From NCBI RefSeq assembly GCF_001194135.2, contig NC_068981.1:120101303-120160539 (forward strand): 59,237 bases of DNA, read 5' to 3'. Each line of letters opens with the position of its first letter. Positions within the stretch are counted from its first letter, which is position 1. The notes beneath the pieces are model-generated. The model was not told where the DNA came from, did not search any database, and worked only from the letters and a program-made list of their open reading frames with translations. The position numbers and the translations under genes were made by a program. This DNA is from Octopus bimaculoides. Taxonomy: Eukaryota. Positions 1 to 12,935 of this stretch are shown here, piece by piece.

Positions 1-370
1 TACATGTACATCAAACCACAACACCGCGTGACCTTCATCAACCAATTGCAACCCACCTAACGGATATATCAATCAACTTCTTTCATTAAAATTCAAAATG
101 GTTGAAGACTAGCATCATGTTTAAAACTCTGAGTACCAATGAATTTGAATCAAACTGTTTTGACCCACATATATATATATACATGTATGTTTGTTGTTTG
201 TGTCTGTGTTTGTCCTCCACCACCATGGTGTCCTGGCATGGTTACAGTCTAATGACTGGAACAAGTAAAAGTTAAAATATAAAAATAGCACCCTGTTTTA
301 CACCAGCATTGATATAAAATAACGCTGAGCATTCTCCATCAGTTATGACCCATGCTCCCATATTATATAA

Positions 371-1225
371 CATGAAAAAATGTGAGCAAGAGAAATAATA
401 TACTTAAGATTATAAACCTGGGAAATTGCAGGACAGGTTATTACACATGGAAAAGTTCAGGACAAGTTATTACATCTGGTTAAGTACAGACAACAAAATT
501 TTTACTTAAAATATTGCAGCTAAGGATAAAATTTCAAATAAAATATTTAGATTTAGAAAATATTAGCTTTTATTAAAACTAAAAATTTTATTATGAGTTA
601 TTTCTTCTATTTGTTATTACTTGTTCTATTAAAAATAAAATATCTCAATTAAAATATTTTTTGCACTTTAAAAAAATTCATTTCTTTTCATCGTTATTTA
701 AATAATTAGAAATTTGAAAATAGGTTATAAAAAATAATAGTAGTACATAATTAGTACAATAAATAGAATAGTACAAAAATTAGTTATCTACTACAGTAAA
801 ATCTACCTATAACAACAAACTCACAGTAAAATTTACTTCAGTTATTGCCAAGTCTTCACATTTTTAGTCTTGACCCAATGTCTATTTTTTATGTAATGAA
901 TTTACCTACCATATATACTGTTCTACTTTGCATAAAATATTTGTACTTCTGGCTCTCATTTTTTAAGTATTCTAGTGTGAAAATATTTTAACAAAATGAT
1001 GGTACCTTTTTTAATTAAAATGTTATTTTGTAAATTAATATCTAATAATTTTCAATATTCACAAATTATCCTTAGCTGCAATATTTTAAATAAAAATTTT
1101 CTTGTTCTGTACTTTACCAGATGTAATAAGTTGTCCTGAACTTTTCCAAGTGTAATAAGTTGTCCTGTAATTTTCCAGATTTCTAATCTTAAGAATATTA
1201 TTTCTCTTGCTCACATTTTTCCATG
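371..1225. mobile_element. Foldback/MITE-type non-autonomous DNA transposon with ~190-bp TIRs
   Basis: 371-~560 is the reverse complement of ~1040-1225 (CATGAAAAAATGTGAGCAAGAG... / ...CTCTTGCTCACATTTTTCCATG). TAA flanks both ends (368-370, 1226-1228). Each arm has two ~28-bp subterminal direct repeats (GGAAAAGTTCAGGACAAGTTATTACA-like). The interior is AT-rich and non-coding. Confidence 0.8.
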
Positions 1226-2184
1226 TAATCCATGTTTTTTTCCAGGCTATGCTACTGTGCTAATTAATAATGTGTCAATTAGCAGTCTCATTGATAATTT
1301 TTTCCTTACCTCAATGATGCCAGTGACATATATTAAAAGTTTCCTTGTAGAACTACATTCATAAAAAAGTATAGAACTACATTATCACCCTCAAATTTGA
1401 GAAACAAAGACTTTTTTTCTTTTAAAACTTCATTGCATGAGATTGATACCTTGAAATTCCTTGAATTGAACTCTATCATTTAAACTTCATTAAAATATAG
1501 TTTGTTTTTAAAATAAAAAAAGTTAATTATACTTAAATCCAATTTTTTGCCTTACTTATATTTTTTCATGATATTTTACCTCACAACTTTTTTGATACAA
1601 ATTTTTGTTGCATGAGAACAAAACTATGAAATTCTTCATACTGTCTTCTATCATTGAAGCTAATATAAATATATTTTACTTCTAAAATAAAAAAGTTATT
1701 TAGATTTAAACTTGATCAGTAGCATTACTTACTCTCCTATAATGTTGCTACAAAGTTTGAGGTAAACTTTTTTTCTACTGGATCAAATCTAAATTTTTTT
1801 AATGCCAAAATGTAGCTAGGGCCCAGTCCTCTTCAAACATCTTAACAGTTTTCAATTTGGTTAAAAATTGAATTAGTGACAAGCTCTGAAAGATGCTGCA
1901 TGTGAGTAAATTGTGGCCTTAAGAATATTATTCAACTACTACTGTCGTTGAATAATCATGATGAAAGGATTTGAGATGTGTAAATTGACCAAGATTACCA
2001 GCTTCTCTAAGAATTGTCTATAATACATCATAATTCGTTAAATCAAATAATTTAGTGAATTCAATGAAGTAATGATAGAGGTTTGGTCTCTGTTCCATGT
2101 ATTTTTCTTGTAATTAATGTACTGAAAAATTATTTCATTGGTTCTGCATCCTGTATGGGATATATTTCTCAAAAAATGGCACTG

Positions 2185-2555
2185 GTATAGGTGCAGGCAT
2201 GTCTGTGTGGTTCAGAAACTTGTTTTGTAACCATGTGGTTTTGGGTTCAGTCCCACTGTGTTACACCTTGGGCAAGTGTTTTCTTCTATAGCCGACCAAT
2301 GCTTTGTGAGTGAATTTGGTAGAGAGGAACTGTGTGGAAGCTTGTCATACATGTGTGTTTGCATGTGTATCTTTGTGTTTCTGTATGTCTTCTCCTGCCA
2401 CTGGATAACTGGTGTTGGTTTGTTTATGTACCTATAACATATCAGTCACAAAAAAACCCCCAAAAAACTGGGGTTGATTTGTTCAACTAAAACCCTTCAA
2501 GGTGGTGTCCCAGCATGGCCACAGTCCTAAAACTGAAACAAGTAAAAGATAAAAA
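2185..2555 (+). mobile_element. tRNA-derived SINE family A (internal microsatellite type), decayed full-length copy
   Basis: A-box-like TGTCTGTGTGGTT and B-box GGTTCAGTCCC, then CACCTTGGGCAAGTG, an internal (TG)n region and a tail ...CAGCATGGCCACAGTC...GAAACAAGTAAAAGA; many paralogues in this window. Confidence 0.85.
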
Positions 2556-3530
2556 TTAAAGCTTGGTACTGAAAAAAGATTTCAAAAATATATAAGAAAG
2601 ACAGAAACGAAAGTCAATGGAACACAAGAAATAAAATTTACATTTCTTAAGAATGTCTCCATTGCACTCTATTAGTTCTGGCAGGAATTAATTTTTCATA
2701 GACTTAATTATCCAATTAAATATCTCATTTAGCCAACTTTAGATTGTCATTCATTATTTTTACATTCATCTGCATATTTGCTTACTTTAAACAACATTAA
2801 ACTCGTAATAAAAATTAATTGGTTTCATTTGTAGATGAACTCAAACTTGTTTTGTTCTCTTATAAAACATTTAATATTTTTCTTATATTTTGGGATGGTC
2901 ATTTTTTTTCTTGCCAAATAAACACACGCACTATATATTCATTCTTCACTCATTTATTATTGTTCTTATTTTATCTTATGTCTATTGTCTGGAAATCTTT
3001 CACCACACATCTGTGATCTCTTCAGCAACTCTTCTATCCACATGTTTTCTCCTGTTCTGTTTAGCCCATTTTGTCCCTCTGTGATGTGTATCCTTATCTG
3101 CACATGCATTTGCGACTGTATTTGTGTGTGTGTGTGTGTGTGTGTATGCACATCTATGTGCTTTGTATGTGTATTTTGTGTGTATGCATATGGGTTTGCT
3201 TGCTATGATATTTGTAATATTTTTCTGTATAAGAAAATTGAGCCTCTATATGGTTGTTCAAGCTGCTAGAAATAGCAAGCAAATATCTCTCAAACCACAC
3301 TTCACTGTCTTAAATAGAAAAGATACATCGGAAAGTTTGCTTGAAAAAAAGAAAAACAGAAGACAGGATATTCATGGGGGGGAATGCTTATGATCATAGA
3401 TCTGCTTGATTGGAGCTGACCATGGAATACATAAACAACAGTAGCAACCATACAGGTAGTCATTTGTTATTTTAAGGTGTTTTTTTTTAAAAATCTTAGT
3501 ATCTTTTCAGATAGTTTGCTACAAATAACA

Positions 3531-3780
3531 ATACTTTTTAACAATCAGATTATTCTGTCAAACATTTGGATATTCTGTCAAACATTTGGATGGATATTTA
3601 TTCACATTGTTTTGAATTAATCATGCCTGACTTCATACTTTTGAGATTTCCACAATGTCATTCACTATTTTTAGAACAACATTGTAGGGTAGATGTGAGA
3701 GGCCAGATCTAGCCAGTTTGAACATAAAACGGGTAGAATATTTGGGCTAGATATGATTGGTTTAAATACTAAACAGTTAA
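3531..3780 (+). mobile_element. piggyBac-like (TTAA) MITE, decayed, with an internal perfect 20-bp tandem duplication
   Basis: Homologous to 17089-17300 and 34070-35043; ends ...AAATACTAAACAGTTAA. TATTCTGTCAAACATTTGGA occurs twice (3551-3590). Confidence 0.65.
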
Positions 3781-3837
3781 TCTTACAATAGCAAAGTAAT
3801 TATTGTTGTAGTTGTTGGTTAATACTGGGTCAGTCCT

Positions 3838-4055
3838 GAAGGCACATGGCTCAGGTGGTTAGAGCATTGGGCTCACAATCATGAAATAATGAGTTCAATT
3901 CCAGGACTGGGCTGTATGTTGTGTTCTTGAGCAAGGTAATTTATTTCATGTTGCTCCAGTTCACTCAGCTGTAGAAATGAGTTGCAATTTCACTGGTGCC
4001 AAGCTATATTGGCCTTTGTCTTTCCTTTAGATAACATTGGTAGTATGGAGAGGGG
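3838..4055 (+). mobile_element. tRNA-derived SINE family D, truncated by a gap
   Basis: GGCACATGGCTCAGGTGGTTAGAGC (A box) and GAGTTCAATTCC (B box), followed by a non-tRNA body. A related decayed minus-strand copy lies at ~5230-5370. Confidence 0.7.
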
Positions 4056-4858
4056 NNNNNNNNNNNNNNNNNNNNNNNNNNNNNNNNNNNNNNNNNNNNN
4101 NNNNNNNNNNNNNNNNNNNNNNNNNNNNNNNNNNNNNNNNNNNNNNNNNNNNNNNNNNNNNNNNNNNNNNNNNNNNNNNNNNNNNNNNNNNNNNNNNNNN
4201 NNNNNNNNNNNNNNNNNNNNNNNNNNNNNNNNNNNNNNNNNNNNNNNNNNNNNNNNNNNNNNNNNNNNNNNNNNNNNNNNNNNNNNNNNNNNNNNNNNNN
4301 NNNNNNNNNNNNNNNNNNNNNNNNNNNNNNNNNNNNNNNNNNNNNNNNNNNNNNNNNNNNNNNNNNNNNNNNNNNNNNNNNNNNNNNNNNNNNNNNNNNN
4401 NNNNNNNNNNNNNNNNNNNNNNNNNNNNNNNNNNNNNNNNNNNNNNNNNNNNNNNNNNNNNNNNNNNNNNNNNNNNNNNNNNNNNNNNNNNNNNNNNNNN
4501 NNNNNNNNNNNNNNNNNNNNNNNNNNNNNNNNNNNNNNNNNNNNNNNNNNNNNNNNNNNNNNNNNNNNNNNNNNNNNNNNNNNNNNNNNNNNNNNNNNNN
4601 NNNNNNNNNNNNNNNNNNNNNNNNNNNNNNNNNNNNNNNNNNNNNNNNNNNNNNNNNNNNNNNNNNNNNNNNNNNNNNNNNNNNNNNNNNNNNNNNNNNN
4701 NNNNNNNNNNNNNNNNNNNNNNNNNNNNNNNNNNNNNNNNNNNNNNNNNNNNNNNNNNNNNNNNNNNNNNNNNNNNNNNNNNNNNNNNNNNNNNNNNNNN
4801 NNNNNNNNNNNNNNNNNNNNNNNNNNNNNNNNNNNNNNNNNNNNNNNNNNNNNNNNNN
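4056..4858. other. Assembly gap (N-run); other gaps at 14488-14614, 42858-42867, 44667-45014, 46564-47360, 49026-49061, 58218-58474
   Basis: Runs of N, most abutting (TA)n microsatellites. Confidence 1.
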
Positions 4859-4922
4859 AGAAGATCTCAGCGAATTTCATCCTGCTATTATACGTGCTGG
4901 TAATCTTGTAAATCCGATTCAA

Positions 4923-4964
<42 letters not shown>

Positions 4965-5582
4965 ATGTGTGTGTGTGTATATGTATATAGCCCTGAGATT
5001 AAAGAATGCTATAATCAAAAGTTTGCTAACTATGACTGTCTTTTCTTTTTTCTTTTTTTTTTTTTTATTTCAGATGTGATATAAAATAGTAAAAGTCTAT
5101 CTTCAATCTTAAGAATCATTAATTAAGCCTGTGTCCCATTTTCTGAAACATTAAGTGAATGAAAGAGTACAAAATCCATTGCTGAACAAAATAGCAGTCC
5201 ATTGCATGGTTAATCCCCAGCTGCTACTAGTACTTGTCATCAACTGAGTGGACTGAAGCAGTGTAGGATAAAGTGTCCAGCTCAAAAATGCAATACACTG
5301 TCAAGTCTAGGAAATGAACCCATGATCTTATGATCATGAGTCCAACACTCTACCTACTAAATTACATACCTTCATCAGATGCTGTACATAGCCAACTAAA
5401 TTAACAATCACTTTTTTGTTTCTATTTTTACTTTTTTTAAAAGATATTGTAGTATAATTTTTTATAGATATCCAGGCTTATTTCTAGGAAACTGAACATC
5501 CACATAGCAACTACTTTGTTAACTTGAACATGCCTGAAGCAAGTTGTTTTTTAATTTTAATGTATTATTTAGTTCAAAGCAA

Positions 5583-5795
5583 GTCAGTGGGTTGGCAGAA
5601 TCATTAGCAAGCTGGACAAAATGCTTAATGGCTTCTGGCTTTATGTTCTGGGTCCAAATTCCATCAAGATCAATTTTACCTTTCATCTTTCCTGGGTCAA
5701 TAAATCATGTACCCTTTGAGTACTGGGCCCAATGTAATTGACTAGCCTCCTCCCTCAACATTTCAGGCCTTGTACCTGTGGTAGAAAGAATTATG
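5583..5795 (+). mobile_element. tRNA-derived SINE family B (~220 bp)
   Basis: GGGTTGGCAGAATCATTAGC...GGTCCAAATTCC...TTTACCTTTCATC...GGCCTTGTACC; same family as 12725, 19455, 19705, 35635, 37700, 48680 and 56510. Confidence 0.85.
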
Positions 5796-6377
5796 CAATT
5801 CAAAAAACAAGCACTAGAAGTAAGGTTGATGCAGTTAATGTTTTATTTGAAAAGGTTGGAAAATTTATCGTTTGGGAGGGAACAGTATTTAGATGCAAGC
5901 ATGACTGTGTCATTTAGATGTTCCTTTTGCATTTATGTGAATTGCTTTCAATACCATTGCATGGTACATTGTGTAAGAGTTTTGTACCATAGCCTGAGGT
6001 GGACCCAAATCTTATTAATGAAATTTGGAGACATAGTTTTTGTTTTGGGGTGTAGACTTAATCCATTCTCTCAGTTTTATAGCATCCCCTGGCCCTCAGG
6101 AACCTTTAAAGAATCCATTCTGTTGCAAGCATTTAAACCAGCTCTTCAGTGTGATGACTTACACCCTCCCTCCTAGAAGTCTTGAAGGGTCATAAAAGAG
6201 CATAGACACTTTTCTTTCTCCTCTATCTAAGCCTGAAGCCAGTGGTTCTCAAGCAGGGTCTGTATGGCTCTTGGGGTCCATTTAAGATTTTGTTGTTAAA
6301 ATTTGTCTGCAATAAATTTGCTATACTTCTATGATTCTCCAAGTATTTTAACAATTTGTTTAATACAATTCCTAATA

Positions 6378-6600
6378 AGCACAGGCATGGCTGTGTGGTA
6401 AGAAGTTTACTTCTCAACCACATGGTTCCTAGTTCAGAATCATTGTGTGGCACCTTGGGCAAGTGTCTTCCTCATGCTGACCAAAGCCTTGTGAGTAAAT
6501 TTGGCAGATGGAAACTGGAAGAAACCTGTCATATATATATATATATATATTTATGTGTGTGTGTCTTTATGTCTGTGTTTGTCTGCTGCCTAAGCAAAGC
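6378..6600 (+). mobile_element. SINE family A, 5' half
   Basis: GCACAGGCATGGCTGTGTGGTAAGAAG...CACCTTGGGCAAGTGTC...GGAAACTGGAAGAAACC, followed by (TA)n(TG)n. Confidence 0.85.
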
Positions 6601-6764
6601 AACCACTCCCATCTTCTTAACATACAACCTGAGCTCATTAAACCCTCTGGTACTACAAGTCAGCTAATTGGTCAAATCTGCAGCAATTCTGCACTTCCTA
6701 CTTTTGGAAGCATCTCTGATCTATTTGAAATAATTAAGCCGGTGTCTAATACTTATTCTTTGTA

Positions 6765-6870
6765 AGCCTGATACTTATTTATCGGTTTCTTTTGCTGAAC
6801 AGCTAAGTTACAGGAATGTAGCACACCAGCATCAGTTGTCAAGTGATGGTGGGACGACAAACACAGACAT
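6765..6870 (-). mobile_element. SINE family A, 3' half
   Basis: Reverse complement of GTGTTTGTC...CTTGACAACTGATGCTGGTGTG...CGATAAATAAGTATCAGG. Confidence 0.75.
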
Positions 6871-7254
6871 TTATGTGATTAGTAGGAAGAAGATTAGAAT
6901 AAAATCTATAAATAATACAAACGAACAGCAAAATATCTTAATAGCAACTTTATGTTCCACAAGGAGATCAAGAAAATTAAATATTAATAAATTACAAGGG
7001 ATTGATTCACTCTTTGAGATTACATCAGCTTTCCTAGGTTAGCCTTTACCTTTCTTAAAACAACAAAAGAGAAATTATGAGATTTATGCCTTTCCCAAAA
7101 GTTTTTGTCAAGCCAGTGAAGAAAAATAGTTCCTGCTGAAAATTGCATGTGTCATGAAGATGAATTATTCAGAGTTTATTTTGGTGTCTGTTCCATTCCA
7201 GTGTGAAACTTGTATCCATATCTCCATACTAATAACATAGTAATTTCAATAGAC

Positions 7255-7440
7255 ATAGGCCTGACTACATAGTTAAGAAGTTCACTTTGCAGCCACGTGG
7301 TTTCATGGTTGATCCTACTATATGACACCTTCAGTAATGTCTTCTACTAAAGCTTATAGCTTGGGTTGGCTAATGCATTGTGAGTAAAATTTAGTTGAAG
7401 GAAACTGTACAGGAACTTGTTTTGTGTGTGTGTGTGTAGA
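7255..7440 (+). mobile_element. SINE family A, decayed 5' half
   Basis: Degenerate head ...GTTAAGAAGTTCAC...CCACGTGGTT, then GCATTGTGAGTAAAATTTAGTTGAAGGAAACTG. Confidence 0.6.
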
Positions 7441-7460
7441 TGATTAGATGAATACATATA

Positions 7461-7566
<106 letters not shown>

Positions 7567-8037
7567 TGCATACATATATACATGTATAGGTGCAAGCATG
7601 TTTATTTCTGTATTAACATTGCTAGGGCAGCAGTGACATTGTTTGTCTCATTTGTAAAGGAAAAGGAAAAGTTTGTTCTACTAGAAAAAACAGTGGTCGC
7701 AACAGGAATAGAATCTGATCATAGAATACTGACTCAATGGAAGAAGCAGATGCAAAAACAATGATGATACTTATTGTTTGTGGCAGACTGGTGCCTTGCA
7801 AAGGTATTTCAGTGCACCATGGATTTTTAAATATAAAATTTAAGGCAACAGAACATTCATGCTAATACTTGAACATCTTGTAAGCAATAGTTTTCCATAT
7901 TTAAAAAAAAATCTTAACTTTAAAACAGTTTGGCTTAAGTTTCCTGGTGACATTCACCAGTAGATGTTTTTTTATTTGTTTAATTTCCAGTGTGTTTTCA
8001 AATCAAAAAAGATTGAGAGCCATTGATCATTTTGCAT

Positions 8038-8313
8038 GGTGGTTTCAACCTGGTTGTCCACAAATATCTGAAAGTCCACAATGATAATACTGGGGTGAGA
8101 GGAGCCCGTGAGCTATGCTCAAAATTTTAATAAGGCTGCCGTGTAAAATGCATGATTATTCAGTTGAATATATTTTTAAACTGAAAGATGAAACTGGGAA
8201 AACAAGCTTGATATTAGTTTGAGTAGACAGACCTTTTTCAAAATCCTGGGGTCTAATAGAAAATTCATTTAAAAGAAAAGGGTTTTAGATAATGAAAGAG
8301 TTGGGAGCCACTG
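8038..8313. mobile_element. hAT-like MITE remnant (CAGTGGTTCYCAA-type termini)
   Basis: Starts GGTGGTTTCAACC and ends TTGGGAGCCACTG. A related left end CAGTGGTTCTCAAG occurs at ~6240. Confidence 0.45.
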
Positions 8314-10559
8314 ATCTAGTGCATTATTTCTAGCTAAACTCGCTCACTTTACCTATCTCTCCTCATGTGTCACTCCTCCTGGATAGGATATTGTACATCA
8401 TAGCTTAATAAGATCCAGAAGGCCTGTTGGTATCTATTTTGAAGAGTAAATTGAAGTATTGATCTTGAAAGATTTGTAAAGACCATAGATACAAAGCTCT
8501 TCCTCCATATCAATTTGATGCAAAAAGAGACAAAAAGCAAATGTTCCACTCAGAAACTTGAATTAAACATCTGCTGTGGATATGAACTTGTTACTCTTGA
8601 ATAGATAGTCTGACCCATCATTTCACATCATCATATAAAAAGGAAAAATTAATATAAATATTGGTTTGTTTCGATTATTTATTTTATTCTACTTATTTAT
8701 TTCATTAAATATATTTTATATTTTACATAATTAACTGAATAAATTTCATTTTAACATTTTACTGATACTTATTTTATTGACCCTTGTGGGATGATTGGTT
8801 AAAATTGAGCCTCACAGAAATATGATCCCAGTTTATAGAATTACATGAATAAAAATAGATTTTTATTTAGGCTCAAGGCCATAAAATATTAAGAAAATCC
8901 TAATACATTACTGGGACCGTTCTTTTTCAACTCTAGAGAGATGAAAGGCAAACCCTGGTTTAATTTGGATACATGACATTATTTCTATTGTTTTCTCAGA
9001 GAAGGAAGAACTATACTTATAACCTTTATAGGGCTTCTAGATTAGTGGAAGGATGAGAAGTCACTTTCAGACTGGCCCAAATTCTTGGAGCATAGTGAAC
9101 TGTAATGAAGGCACTTAGGAGTCTGATGGTGGTGTTAAACTGAAAGATAGATTATGTCTACCACCTAAAAACAGTCAAACTCCATCTGATGTCTGATGAG
9201 TTCCTTCCCATTTTTCATCTCTACAATCTTATTCACAAGGCTTTGGTTGACTTAAGGTGCTATGCGGTGAAATCAAACAACTAAATGATCTGAACTACAT
9301 CAACATACCTGTACTACATAGTAAAAGGATATTGATAAATACAGCAAGGCTACTAATCTTTCACTCTGTATTATTTTCACCAACACACTATCCTAATAAA
9401 TCATAGATGCTTTCCTTTTTTAACAAAAACACATAATTGTAGAGTATATGCGGCAATGGTCTAGAAAATTGGCAGAGATACAACATTTTTAAGTACATTA
9501 AATGTACTGATGCAATCAATAGTGTGGATAAGTCAAGACTAAAGACAACTGACTGCACTGGTGGCTCACAGGGAAAGAAAAACAAGTTCTGTTACTAGGA
9601 AACTACAGCAAAGAAGAGAAAGAACCACTGATAACAAAAGAGGGTTGTATACATTAAAAAACCTTTTTTGAAACCTGCTTTGGCAAAATAGAATTTTCTT
9701 TTGTGAAATCTTTGAATTTATTCTTTAGCTTTGAAGTGGTTGCAAAAATGTTTGAAATACTACCAGGAGATTGTCTTTAATTTTTTGTAACTCCTAATGC
9801 AGTAATTAGTCAAACACTCTTGAAAATTTAATTTGATTGTTCAAACAAAATGTAAATTCTAATTTACACCTTGTTTGAACATTAATAAGTTTGTTAGACC
9901 TGACTTTTGCTGTTGTACATGAGATTATCATAGCGAGGACATGTGTAAACTGAGTACTTCCAAAACTTACAAAATATGATCATGAATCCAGCTGTTTATT
10001 ACTATCAACAAACCTGTCATTTTTATTTTATACCAGCACTAAGTTATAAGGTGCTATAGTGAGCCACAGATTATCAATGCAGACTTTTGCTTTGATCACT
10101 TGGCCATTTGTCAGATGACAGTTGATGGCAGTTTTTCAATACATAGCTAACCTACATTCATTTGTGAATCTTTTGACATCCCAATCAATGTATGAAACAA
10201 TTGACACTCTCTCTGTTGAGAGAACTGAGAAAACAATAGTTTCCTTCTATAATCCTTTTCTCATATGTATTTTCTCCCATGAATCTCCAAATTGAAAATT
10301 AGCTCTATCAATATAAATTATCATTATTTCACCAATTTAATAGGACCTTAAAAGATTACAGGCTATGCTCTAAGTTTTCATATAAATTAAGGTGAAAATT
10401 AACACCAATGAATATAAATAAGTTATTTCACTTCCAATTTTTGGTGTCTAATAAATCAAGTTTTTTTATTTTTATTTTAACTGCACACTCTTAAAGTTTT
10501 AGTGCTAAAAGATGGAACTGGTTCATAATCATTAGACATCATCTTCCTGAAAAGTCAGG

Positions 10560-10800
10560 CTGAATCAAGAACTGCCAATCATTCATCAGGGTACAGCTCA
10601 TGTATTTAGCTGGAGCTGCTACTTCCTACATAAACATTTTAGATTGCAACCAGAAAAAAGTCGTCTGGCCATATTGTGAAGTTTCTTTCCCAAAACAGGA
10701 CAATCAATACCATGCCGAAATACAGTGTTTTATTCCCCACTATGTTGCTTCTATTATTACTTCAAAAGTTCACAGTCCTATAAACTCTGGCTAACTGTAC
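10560..10800 (+). mobile_element. CR1/Zenon-like LINE RT C-terminal remnant
   Basis: Translates across frameshifts to ...YSSC / YLAGAATSYINILDCNQKK..., resembling the conserved EYCSHIWAGA...LLD.IQ.KA motif. Confidence 0.55.
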
Positions 10801-11081
10801 AACTTTCTCAACCTAAACTCATCTAATTCTCTTTTTTCCTTATCATCACTACTTTGTCTTACTCATCAGATCCTGCACTATATGGGTTAAACAACAATAT
10901 CAAGTTTCAGAATACCCTCACTCCCCAATTCTTCACTGTATTTCATTAAATGACAAAAATTCAAATTAAATATCAACAACTTAATTCAACCTCACCATTT
11001 TGGGGAGGGATTTTTCAGTTCATCCAAATCTAGTGAGGTTAAAGCAGTTGATATTTAAGCAGTTGATATTTACTTGAAATA

Positions 11082-11114
<33 letters not shown>

Positions 11115-11504
11115 CTCAAGCTCAAAATAACCATAGGACATTTAGAGAAACTCTGCCAGTTGTCTTTCTATGTAGAATTCTGTTTTCTTGATGAAAATGG
11201 CAGAAATATACTATTTATGGAGATTAGAGAGGAACTAAAGATACAAAAGGCTTGGAAAGGTGTTGTTTTCGAGAACTTAATATGCTGTGATTGAATTCAT
11301 TGAAAATTCATGTTCCAGTATTTCTAGGAGTAAATACATTAGAGAGATGTAATGTTACTTTCTCCAGACTGAAAAGGAGAAATTTGAATTTATCTCTACC
11401 AAGTAACAAAACACTTCAAGCTAATCAAGGAGCTACAATGAAGTTGCTCAACTTGTTAGTAATAGCAAGCAATTTACCATACGTTGCTGATCTCTAATTA
11501 TAGA

Positions 11505-11945
11505 GAGTACCTGTGGAAGAGGTAGATCTGGGAAGTAGTGATGACAAGTGATTGAGACTTCTGGTGAATTGCTGTGCTTGAGAGGACATGTCAAGCTAAG
11601 CAGAATTGTGGTTGTGGTCAGTGCTGGTGACACATGAAAGGCATCCATGCTGGTGATGCATAAAGGGCACCTATGCTAGCGACACATAAAAGGCACCCAT
11701 GCTAGTGACACATAAGGGGCACCTGTACTGGTGATATGTAAAAAGCAGCCATGTTGGTGACATGTAAAAGACACTAGTTAACTCTGAGAAGTGGTTAGTG
11801 TTAGGGCATCTGACCATAGAAACCGAACCAAAACAGACTGGAGCCCGGCACAACTCTCTAGCTTACCAGCTCCAGCCAAACCATCTAACCCATGCCAGTA
11901 TGGAAAGCAGATGTTAAATGATGATGATGATGATGATGATGACTT
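11505..11945 (+). mobile_element. RTE-clade LINE 3' end with a 26-bp tandem array and (GAT)n tail
   Basis: ACCTGTGGAAGAGGTAGATC...GGCATCTGACCATAGAAACC...CCATGCCAGTATGGAAAGCAGATGTTAAAT(GAT)n, matching the longer copy at 50020-50897 and the minus copy at 40190. Confidence 0.85.
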
Positions 11946-12354
11946 CTGGAATGCCTTTAACTCTTTTGTTACCAATGCACCTGATGTTGCCCTTAATTCT
12001 ATGATGCAAACTTCCTGTTCAAAGTGATCTAAATTAAAACCTTCCATTTAAATTACATGTTAATTTGTGTTCTAAACTCCAGCTTAATCATGGCAAACTT
12101 AGTTTACTAAATTCTTCATTATTTCAAAAATCAATTGAAACAAAGGAAGTTGTATTTCAACAGAAAAAACAATAATGAAAAGGTTAATCACAGATTTTCC
12201 CAGACCTGAAGCTACAAGAGTTTACACAAATTCACAACATATAATGACACTGAAATAAGTACATCACCTGTAATTTCATTGAAAGGTAATTACTTTGCTA
12301 GCCAATACATCATTAATAAATTTATTGCTACAGCAGCTTAAAGAAATGATCTTT

Positions 12355-12718
12355 AACTGTGGAGGGAACCTGTGGAAGAGGTAAACCCAGGAAGATGTGA
12401 GATGAGGTGGTGAAACATGATCTTTGGATGTTGAGTTTCATGGAGGTAATGATGAGTGACCAAGACTTTTGGTGATTTGCTGTGCTCAAGAAGATACGTC
12501 AAGCTAAATGAAATCATTAGTTGTGCCAGTGCCAGGAACACGTAAAAGGCACCTGGTACACTCTGTGGAATGGTTGGCATTAGAAAAAGTATCCAACCAT
12601 AGAAACCAAGCCAAAACAGACTGGAGCCTGTTGCAGCTCTTTGGCTTACCAGTTCCAGTCAAACTGTCTAACTCATGTCAGCATGGAAAACAGATGTTAA
12701 ACGATGATGATGATGATA
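12355..12718 (+). mobile_element. RTE-clade LINE 3' end with (GAT)n tail
   Basis: Same 3' UTR as 11505-11945 but with a single copy of the ~26-bp unit. Confidence 0.85.
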
Positions 12719-12724
12719 CCAAAT

Positions 12725-12935
12725 ATATTCTTTTCTACTCTAGGAAATTCTTGGGGAGGAGGCTAGTCGATTAGATAACCCCAATACACAACTGGTACCT
12801 AATTTATCGACCCCAAAAGGATGAAAGGCAAAGTTGACCTTGGTGGAATTTGAACTCAGAGTGTAAAGACAGACGAAATACTACTAAGCATTTTGCCCAA
12901 CGTGCAAACGTTTCTGCCAGCTTGCTGCTTTCAAT
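12725..12935 (-). mobile_element. SINE family B
   Basis: Reverse complement of the family B consensus; several CpGs retained. Confidence 0.9.

Noticed and set aside
1246-1364. Plus-strand terminal exon GYATVLINNVSISSL...ELHS*
   Set aside because: Good acceptor, but the peptide is unrecognised and there is no partner exon; short open frames arise by chance.
2985-3030. Minus-strand CTGAAGA...GAAA motif
   Set aside because: No valid stem III/NUH and poor stem I pairing.
5074-5090. Very strong plus-strand acceptor (T-tract + CAG)
   Set aside because: Stops follow within four codons in all frames and no donor is nearby; may be a poly-T relic.
7050-7135. Minus-strand exon GTIFLHWLDKNFWERHKSHNFSFVVLRK
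   Set aside because: Plausible splice sites, but no recognisable homology and the phases do not link to the other candidates.
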